DNA of 64,000 bases from Auanema rhodensis (Eukaryota > Animalia > Nematoda). The translations under genes were made by a program, and so were the position numbers. Position 1 is the stretch's first letter; every line of letters begins with the position of its first letter. This document shows positions 54,001-64,000 of the stretch, piece by piece. The stretch spans positions 1,984,001 through 2,048,000 of the forward strand of contig OZ059897.1 in NCBI GenBank assembly GCA_964057225.1, read 5' to 3'. Under the pieces are notes generated by a model. That model saw only the letters and a program-made list of their open reading frames with translations, was not told the DNA's origin and searched no databases.

Positions 54001-57000
54001 GAATAACATTGTCCATCGTCTTCGTCTTGAAAAAAGGAATCTAAAAACATCTACTTTTTGTGAAATTCTTTAGAAATTTTTCGGGAAAATTTTTGTCAAA
54101 ATGTTTTTGGAAGCAATGTTGAGTGTACATGGGAACTCAACATACACTAATGCATTATTTTTCAAACGATCATAACTTATTTTTGTATAGAGCGTTTCTC
54201 AATGTAGTATAGTGCATTCGATGCGGATTTTTAAGCTGCGTCGATCTGTGTTATCAGATTTGAGTTAGCTTAAAAATGCACCGAGATATCAACTGATATA
54301 TGTTCACACTTATATCCTCGATTTTCACCCTGAAGAAATGATTTTTTCGTTGAATAACATTGTTCATCGTCTTCGTCTTGAAAAAAGGAATCTAAAAACA
54401 TCTACTTTTTGTGAAATTATTTAGAAATTTTTCGGGAAAATTTTTGTCAAAATGTTTTTGGAAGCAATGTTGAGTGTACATGGGAACTCAACATACACTA
54501 ATGCATTATTTTTCAAACGATCATAACTTATTTTTGTATAGAGCGTTTCTCAATGTAGAATAGTGCATTCGATGCAGATTTTTAAGCTGCGTCGATCTGT
54601 GTTATCAGATTTGAGTTAGCTTAAAAATGCACCGAGATATCAACTGATATATGTTCACACTTATATCCTCGATTTTCACCCTGAAGAAATGATTTTTTCG
54701 TTGAAAAACATTGTCCATCGTCTTTGCCTTGAAAAAAGGAATCTAAAAACATCTACTTTTTGTGAAATTATTTAGAAATTTTTCGGGAAAATTTTTGTCA
54801 AAATGTTTTTGGAAGCAATGTTGAGTGTACTTGGGAACTCAACATACACTAATGCATTATTTTTCAAACGATCATAACTTATTTTTGTATAGAGCGTTTC
54901 TTAATGTAGTATAGTGCATTCGATGCGGATTTTTAAGCTGCGTCGATCTGTGTTATCAGATTTGAGTTAGCTTAAAAATGCACCGAGATATCAACTGATA
55001 TATGTTCACACTTATATCCTCGACTTTCACCCTGAAGAAATGATTTTTTCGTTGAATAACATTGTCCATCGTCTTCGTCTTGAAAAAAGGAATCTAAAAA
55101 CATCTACTTTTTGTGAAATTATTTAGAAATTTTTCGGGAAAATTTTTGTCAAAATGTTTTTGGAAGCAATGTTGAGTGTACATGGGAACTCAACATACAC
55201 TAATGCATTATTTTTCAAACGATCATAACTTATTTTTGTATAGAGCGTTTCTCAATGTAGTATAGTGCATTCGATGCGGATTTTTAAGCTGCGTCGATCT
55301 GTGTTATCAGATTTGAGTTAGCTTAAAAATGCACCGAGATATCAACTGATATATGTTCACACTTATATCCTCGATTTTCACCCTGAAGAAATGATTTTTT
55401 CGTTGAATAACATTGTCCATCGTCTTCGTCTTGAAAAAAGGAATCTAAAAACATCTACTTTTTGTGAAATTATTTAGAAATTTTTCGGGAAAATTTTTGT
55501 CAAAATGTTTTTGGAAGCAATGTTGAGTGTACATGGGAACTCAACATACACTAATGCATTATTTTTCAAACGATCATAACTTATTTTTGTATAGAGCGTT
55601 TCTCAATGTAGTATAGTGCATTCGATGCGGATTTTTAAGCTGCGTCGATCTGTGTTATCAGATTTGAGTTAGCTTAAAAATGCACCGAGATATCAACTGA
55701 TATATGTTCACACTTATATCCTCGATTTTCACCCTGAAGAAATGATTTTTTCGTTGAAAAACATTGTCCATCGTCTTTGCCTTGAAAAAAGGAATCTAAA
55801 AACATCTACTTTTTGTGAAATTATTTAGAAATTTTTCGGGAAAATTTTTGTCAAAATGTTTTTGGAAGCAATGTTGAGTGTACATGGGAACTCAACATAC
55901 ACTAATGCATTATTTTTCAAACGATCATAACTTATTTTTGTATAGAGCGTTTCTTAATGTAGTATAGTGCATTCGATGCGGATTTTTAAGCTGCGTCGAT
56001 CTGTGTTATCAGATTTGAGTTAGCTTAAAAATGCACCGAGATATCAACTGATATATGTTCACACTTATATCCTCGACTTTCACCCTGAAGAAATGATTTT
56101 TTCGTTGAATAACATTGTCCATCGTCTTCGTCTTGAAAAAAGGAATCTAAAAACATCTACTTTTTGTGAAATTATTTAGAAATTTTTCGGGAAAATTTTT
56201 GTCAAAATGTTTTTGGAAGCAATGTTGAGTGTACATGGGAACTCAACATACACTAATGCATTATTTTTCAAACGATCATAACTTATTTTTGTATAGAGCG
56301 TTTCTCAATGTAGTATAGTGCATTCGATGCGGATTTTTAAGCTGCGTCGATCTGTGTTATCAGATTTGAGTTAGCTTAAAAATGCACCGAGATATCAACT
56401 GATATATGTTCACACTTATATCCTCGATTTTCACCCTGAAGAAATGATTTTTTCGTTGAATAACATTGTCCATCGCCTTCGTCTTGAAAAAAGGAATCTA
56501 AAAACATCTACTTTTTGTGAAATTATTTAGAAATTTTTCGGGAAAATTTTTGTCAAAATGTTTTTGGAAGCAATGTTGAGTGTACATGGGAACTCAACAT
56601 ACACTAATGCATTATTTTTCAAACGATCATAACTTATTTTTGTATAGAGCGTTTCTCAATGTAGTATAGTGCATTCGATGCGGATTTTTAAGCTGCGTCG
56701 ATCTGTGTTATCAGATTTGAGTTAGCTTAAAAATGCACCGAGATATCAACTGATATATGTTCACACTTATATCCTCGATTTTCACCCTGAAGAAATGATT
56801 TTTTCGTTGAAAAACATTGTCCATCGTCTTTGCCTTGAAAAAAGGAATCTAAAAACATCTACTTTTTGTGAAATTATTTAGAAATTTTTCGGGAAAATTT
56901 TTGTCAAAATGTTTTTGGAAGCAATGTTGAGTGTACATGGGAACTCAACATACACTAATGCATTATTTTTCAAACGATCATAACTTATTTTTGTATAGAG

Positions 57001-60000
57001 CGTTTTTCAATGTAGTATAGTGCATTCGATGCGGATTTTTAAGCTGCGTCGATCTGTGTTATCAGATTTGAGTTAGCTTAAAAATGCACCGAGATATCAA
57101 CTGATATATGTTCACACTTATATCCTCGATTTTCACCCTGAAGAAATGATTTTTTCGTTGAAAAACATTGTCCATCGTCTTTGCCTTGAAAAAAGGAATC
57201 TAAAAACATCTACTTTTTGTGAAATTATTTAGAAATTTTTCGGGAAAATTTTTGTCAAAATGTTTTTGAAAGCAATGTTGAGTGTACATGGAAACTCAAC
57301 ATACACTAATGCATCATTTTTCAAACGATCATAGCTAATTTTTGTATTGAGCGTTTTTCAATGTAGTATAGTGCATTCGATGCGGATTTTTAAGCTGCGT
57401 CGATCTGTGTTATCAGATTTGCGCTAGCTTAAAAATGCACCGAGATATCAACTGATATAAGTTCACACTTATATCCTCGATTTTCACCCTGAAGAATTAA
57501 TTTTTTCGTTGAATAACATTGTCCATCGTCTTCGTCTTGAAAAAAGGAATCTAAAAACATCTACTTTTTGTGAAATTATTTAGAAATTTTTCGGGAAAAT
57601 TTTTGTCAAAATTTTTTTGAAAGCAATGTTGAGTGTACATGGAAACTCAACATACACTAATGCATCATTTTTCAAACGATCATAGCTAATTTTTGTATTG
57701 AGCGTTTCTCAATGTAGTATAGTGCATTCGATGCGGATTTTTAAGCTGCGTCGATCTGTGTTATCAGATTTGCGCTAGCTTAAAAATGCACCGAGATATC
57801 AACTGATATAAGTTCACACTTATATCCTCGATTTTCACCCTGAAGAATTAATTTTTTCGTTGAAAAACATTGTCCATCGTCTTTGCCTTGAAAAAAGGAA
57901 TCTAAAAACATCTACTTTTTGTGAAATTATTTAGAAATTTTTCGGGAAAATTTTTGTCAAAATGTTTTTGGAAGCAATGTTGAGTGTACATGGGAACTCA
58001 ACATACACTAATGCATTATTTTTCAAACGATCATAACTTATTTTTGTATAGAGCGTTTCTCAATGTAGTATAGTGCATTCGATGCGGATTTTTAAGCTGC
58101 GTCGATCTGTGTTATCAGATTTGAGTTAGCTTAAAAATGCACCGAGATATCAACTGATATATGTTCACACTTATATCCTCGATTTTCACCCTGAAGAAAT
58201 GATTTTTTCGTTGAATAACATTGTCCATCGTCTTCGTCTTGAAAAAAGGAATCTAAAAACATCTACTTTTTGTGAAATTATTTAGAAATTTTTCGGGAAA
58301 ATTTTTGTCAAAATGTTTTTGGAAGCAATGTTGAGTGTACATGGGAACTCAACATACACTAATGCATTATTTTTCAAACGATCATAACTTATTTTTGTAT
58401 AGAGCGTTTCTCAATGTAGTATAGTGCATTCGATGCGGATTTTTAAGCTGCGTCGATCTGTGTTATCAGATTTGAGTTAGCTTAAAAATGCACCGAGATA
58501 TCAACTGATATATGTTCACACTTATATCCTCGATTTTCACCCTGAAGAAATGATTTTTTCGTTGAAAAACATTGTCCATCGTCTTTGCCTTGAAAAAAGG
58601 AATCTAAAAACATCTACTTTTTGTGAAATTATTTAGAAATTTTTCGGGAAAATTTTTGTCAAAATTTTTTTGAAAGCAATGTTGAGTGTACATGGAAACT
58701 CAACATACACTAATGCATCATTTTTCAAACGATCATAGCTAATTTTTGTATTGAGCGTTTCTCAATGTAGTATAGTGCATTCGATGCGGATTTTTAAGCT
58801 GCGTCGATCTGTGTTATCAGATTTGCGCTAGCTTAAAAATGCACCGAGATATCAACTGATATAAGTTCACACTTATATCCTCGATTTTCACCCTGAAGAA
58901 TTAATTTTTTCGTTGAAAAACATTGTCCATCGTCTTTGCCTTGAAAACAGGAATCTAAAAACATCTACTTTTTGTGAAATTATTTAGAAATTTTTCGGGA
59001 AAATTTTTGTCAAAATGTTTTTGGAAGCAATGTTGAGTGTACATGGGAACTCAACATACACTAATGCATTATTTTTCAAACGATCATAACTTATTTTTGT
59101 ATAGAGCGTTTCTCAATGTAGTATAGTGCATTCGATGCGGATTTTTAAGCTGCGTCGATCTGTGTTATCAGATTTGAGTTAGCTTAAAAATGCACCGAGA
59201 TATCAACTGATATATGTTCACACTTATATCCTCGATTTTCACCCTGAAGAAATGATTTTTTCGTTGAATAACATTGTCCATCGTCTTCGTCTTGAAAAAA
59301 GGAATCTAAAAACATCTACTTTTTGTGAAATTATTTAGAAATTTTTCGGGAAAATTTTTGTCAAAATGTTTTTGGAAGCAATGTTGAGTGTACATGGGAA
59401 CTCAACATACACTAATGCATTATTTTTCAAACGATCATAACTTATTTTTGTATAGAGCGTTTCTCAATGTAGTATAGTGCATTCGATGCGGATTTTTAAG
59501 CTGCGTCGATCTGTGTTATCAGATTTGAGTTAGCTTAAAAATGCACCGAGATATCAACTGATATATGTTCACACTTATATCCTCGATTTTCACCCTGAAG
59601 AAATGATTTTTTCGTTGAAAAACATTGTCCATCGTCTTTGCCTTGAAAAAAGGAATCTAAAAACATCTACTTTTTGTGAAATTATTTAGAAAATTTTCGG
59701 GAAAATTTTTGTCAAAATTTTTTTGAAAGCAATGTTGAGTGTACATGGAAACTCAACATACACTAATGCATCATTTTTCAAACGATCATAGCTAATTTTT
59801 GTATTGAGCGTTTCTCAATGTAGTATAGTGCATTCGATGCGGATTTTTAAGCTGCGTCGATCTGTGTTATCAGATTTGCGCTAGCTTAAAAATGCACCGA
59901 GATATCAACTGATATAAGTTCACACTTATATCCTCGATTTTCACCCTGAAGAATTAATTTTTTCGTTGAAAAACATTGTCCATCGTCTTTGCCTTGAAAA

Positions 60001-60197
60001 AAGGAATCTAAAAACATCTACTTTTTGTGAAATTATTTAGAAATTTTTCGGGAAAATTTTTGTCAAAATGTTTTTGGAAGCAATGTTGAGTGTACATGGG
60101 AACTCAACATACACTAATGCATTATTTTTCAAACGATCATAACTTATTTTTGTATAGAGCGTTTCTCAATGTAGTATAGTGCATTCGATGCGGATTT
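50370..60197. repeat. Successive 3-monomer (1053 bp) higher-order domains
   Basis: 50370-52475 is a duplicated trimer (ORFs 50393/51446; ATGTTAAG/AACTGAAC twice). The GACTTT allele occurs at 53971, 55024 and 56077. The TTTGAAAGC/GGAAAC/GCATCA/CATAGCT/GTATTG plus GCGCT/ATAAG/GAATTAA block repeats every 1053 bp in 57.4-60.2 kb. Confidence 0.85.
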
Positions 60198-60548
60198 TTA
60201 AGCTGCGTCGATCTGTGTTATCAGATTTGAGTTAGCTTAAAAATGCACCGAGATATCAACTGATATATGTTCACACTTATATCCTCGATTTTCACCCTGA
60301 AGAAATGATTTTTTCGTTGAATAACATTGTCCATCGTCTTCGTCTTGAAAAAAGGAATCTAAAAACATCTACTTTTTGTGAAATTATTTAGAAATTTTTC
60401 GGGAAAATTTTTGTCAAAATGTTTTTGGAAGCAATGTTGAGTGTACATGGGAACTCAACATACACTAATGCATTATTTTTCAAACGATCATAACTTATTT
60501 TTGTATAGAGCGTTTCTCAATGTAGTATAGTGCATTCGATGCGGATTT

Positions 60549-63500
60549 TTAAGCTGCGTCGATCTGTGTTATCAGATTTGCGCTAGCTTAAAAATGCACC
60601 GAGATATCAACTGATATAAGTTCACACTTATATCCTCGATTTTCACCCTGAAGAATTAATTTTTTCGTTGAATAACATTGTCCATCGTTTTCGCCTTGAA
60701 AAAAGGAATCTAAAAACATCTACTTTTTGTGAAATTATTTAGAAATTTTTCGGGAAAATTTTTGTCAAAATGTTTTTGGAAGCAATGTTGAGTGTACATG
60801 GGAACTCAACATACACTAATGCATTATTTTTCAAACGATCATAACTTATTTTTGTATAGAGCGTTTCTCAATGTAGTATAGTGCATTCGATGCGGATTTT
60901 TAAGCTGCGTCGATCTGTGTTATCAGATTTGAGTTAGCTTAAAAATGCACCGAGATATCAACTGATATATGTTCACACTTATATCCTCGACTTTCACCCT
61001 GAAGAAATGATTTTTTCGTTGAATAACATTGTCCATCGTCTTCGTCTTGAAAAAAGGAATCTAAAAACATCTACTTTTTGTGAAATTATTTAGAAATTTT
61101 TCGGGAAAATTTTTGTCAAAATGTTTTTGGAAGCAATGTTGAGTGTACATGGGAACTCAACATACACTAATGCATTATTTTTCAAACGATCATAACTTAT
61201 TTTTGTATAGAGCGTTTCTCAATGTAGTATAGTGCATTCGATGCGGATTTTTAAGCTGCGTCGATCTGTGTTATCAGATTTGCGCTAGCTTAAAAATGCA
61301 CCGAGATATCAACTGATATAAGTTCACACTTATATCCTCGATTTTCACCCTGAAGAATTAATTTTTTCGTTGAATAACATTGTCCATCGTTTTCGCCTTG
61401 AAAAAAGGAATCTAAAAACATCTACTTTTTGTGAAATTATTTAGAAATTTTTCGGGAAAATTTTTGTCAAAATGTTTTTGGAAGCAATGTTGAGTGTACA
61501 TGGGAACTCAACATACACTAATGCATTATTTTTCAAACGATCATAACTTATTTTTGTATAGAGCGTTTCTCAATGTAGTATAGTGCATTCGATGCGGATT
61601 TTTAAGCTGCGTCGATCTGTGTTATCAGATTTGAGTTAGCTTAAAAATGCACCGAGATATCAACTGATATATGTTCACACTTATATCCTCGACTTTCACC
61701 CTGAAGAAATGATTTTTTCGTTGAATAACATTGTCCATCGTCTTCGTCTTGAAAAAAGGAATCTAAAAACATCTACTTTTTGTGAAATTATTTAGAAATT
61801 TTTCGGGAAAATTTTTGTCAAAATGTTTTTGGAAGCAATGTTGAGTGTACATGGGAACTCAACATACACTAATGCATTATTTTTCAAACGATCATAACTT
61901 ATTTTTGTATAGAGCGTTTCTCAATGTAGTATAGTGCATTCGATGCGGATTTTTAAGCTGCGTCGATCTGTGTTATCAGATTTGAGTTAGCTTAAAAATG
62001 CACCGAGATATCAACTGATATATGTTCACACTTATATCCTCGATTTTCACCCTGAAGAAATGATTTTTTCGTTGAATAACATTGTCCATCGTCTTCGTCT
62101 TGAAAAAAGGAATCTAAAAACATCTACTTTTTGTGAAATTATTTAGAAATTTTTCGGGAAAATTTTTGTCAAAATGTTTTTGGAAGCAATGTTGAGTGTA
62201 CATGGGAACTCAACATACACTAATGCATTATTTTTCAAACGATCATAACTTATTTTTGTATAGAGCGTTTTTCAATGTAGTATAGTGCATTCGATGCGGA
62301 TTTTTAAGCTGCGTCGATCTGTGTTATCAGATTTGAGTTAGCTTAAAAATGCACCGAGATATCAACTGATATATGTTCACACTTATATCCTCGATTTTCA
62401 CCCTGAAGAAATGATTTTTTCGTTGAAAAACATTGTCCATCGTCTTTGCCTTGAAAAAAGGAATCTAAAAACATCTACTTTTTGTGAAACTATTTAGAAA
62501 TTTTTCGGGAAAATTTTTGTCAAAATGTTTTTGGAAGCAATGTTGAGTGTACATGGGAACTCAACATACACTAATGCATTATTTTTCAAACGATCATAAC
62601 TTATTTTTGTATAGAGCGTTTCTCAATGTAGTATAGTGCATTCGATGCGGATTTTTAAGCTGCGTCGATCTGTGTTATCAGATTTGAGTTAGCTTAAAAA
62701 TGCACCGAGATATCAACTGATATATGTTCACACTTATATCCTCGATTTTCACCCTGAAGAAATGATTTTTTCGTTGAATAACATTGTCCATCGTCTTCGT
62801 CTTGAAAAAAGGAATCTAAAAACATCTACTTTTTGTGAAATTATTTAGAAATTTTTCGGGAAAATTTTTGTCAAAATGTTTTTGGAAGCAATGTTGAGTG
62901 TACATGGGAACTCAACATACACTAATGCATTATTTTTCAAACGATCATAACTTATTTTTGTATAGAGCGTTTTTCAATGTAGTATAGTGCATTCGATGCG
63001 GATTTTTAAGCTGCGTCGATCTGTGTTATCAGATTTGAGTTAGCTTAAAAATGCACCGAGATATCAACTGATATATGTTCACACTTATATCCTCGATTTT
63101 CACCCTGAAGAAATGATTTTTTCGTTGAAAAACATTGTCCATCGTCTTTGCCTTGAAAAAAGGAATCTAAAAACATCTACTTTTTGTGAAACTATTTAGA
63201 AATTTTTCGGGAAAATTTTTGTCAAAATGTTTTTGGAAGCAATGTTGAGTGTACATGGGAACTCAACATACACTAATGCATTATTTTTCAAACGATCATA
63301 ACTTATTTTTGTATAGAGCGTTTCTCAATGTAGTATAGTGCATTCGATGCGGATTTTTAAGCTGCGTCGATCTGTGTTATCAGATTTGAGTTAGCTTAAA
63401 AATGCACCGAGATATCAACTGATATATGTTCACACTTATATCCTCGATTTTCACCCTGAAGAAATGATTTTTTCGTTGAATAACATTGTCCATCGTCTTC

Positions 63501-64000
63501 GTCTTGAAAAAAGGAATCTAAAAACATCTACTTTTTGTGAAATTATTTAGAAATTTTTCGGGAAAATTTTTGTCAAAATGTTTTTGGAAGCAATGTTGAG
63601 TGTACATGGGAACTCAACATACACTAATGCATTATTTTTCAAACGATCATAACTTATTTTTGTATAGAGCGTTTCTCAATGTAGTATAGTGCATTCGATG
63701 CGGATTTTTAAGCTGCGTCGATCTGTGTTATCAGATTTGAGTTAGCTTAAAAATGCACCGAGATATCAACTGATATATGTTCACACTTATATCCTCGATT
63801 TTCACCCTGAAGAAATGATTTTTTCGTTGAAAAACATTGTCCATCGTCTTTGCCTTGAAAAAAGGAATCTAAAAACATCTACTTTTTGTGAAACTATTTA
63901 GAAATTTTTCGGGAAAATTTTTGTCAAAATGTTTTTGGAAGCAATGTTGAGTGTACATGGGAACTCAACATACACTAATGCATTATTTTTCAAACGATCA
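60549..64000. repeat. 2-monomer (702 bp) higher-order domains
   Basis: GCGCT/CGTTTTCGCC and GACTTT monomers alternate in 60549-61952. GAATAAC monomers then alternate with GAAACTAT monomers (starts 62304, 63006, 63708). Confidence 0.85.

Larger units (their letters stand above)
1..64000. repeat. Tandem satellite DNA array, 351-bp monomer, about 182.8 copies, head-to-tail
   Basis: TTAAGCTG(C/T)GTCGATCTG recurs at 1, 352, 3511, 7021, 14041, 21061, 28081 and 35101, an exact 351-bp period. After subtracting 70 + 5x21 bp of deletions, the last monomer is predicted at 63708 and is found there. Monomers differ by a few SNPs, and the array runs off both window ends. Confidence 0.99.

Noticed and set aside
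1-64000. CRISPR array
   Set aside because: There are no unique spacers; the entire 351-bp unit repeats, and no cas genes are present.
1-64000. Inserted transposon, inversion or unique island within the array
   Set aside because: Register arithmetic accounts for the full length with only six deletions, and orientation is constant throughout.

Overview
The whole 64 kb window is one uninterrupted head-to-tail array of a 351-bp AT-rich satellite (about 32% GC by hand count), all in the same orientation. It holds 182 complete monomers plus a 293-bp partial one. I find no genes, RNA genes, CRISPR spacers or inserted elements, and all listed ORFs are by-products of single-base variants in the repeat. 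Only six monomers deviate in length: one with a 70-bp deletion (junction 36320/36321) and five sharing a 21-bp deletion (40.7-49.5 kb). Diagnostic SNPs show local higher-order repeats whose period changes along the array (3/6/11-12, 3, 4, 11, 5-7, 3 and 2 monomers), plus allele gradients. The monomer is dense in inverted repeats, and both deletions coincide with predicted stem-loops. It also contains a hammerhead-ribozyme-like arrangement (CUGAAGA, stem II, GAAA ... UUC), which is the most speculative but most testable lead; many array variants disrupt it. The sequence looks like eukaryotic (peri)centromeric or heterochromatic satellite, possibly invertebrate because CpG is not depleted, but I cannot name the family or species. 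Monomer positions (pos) are numbered from the TTAAGCTG at window base 1.
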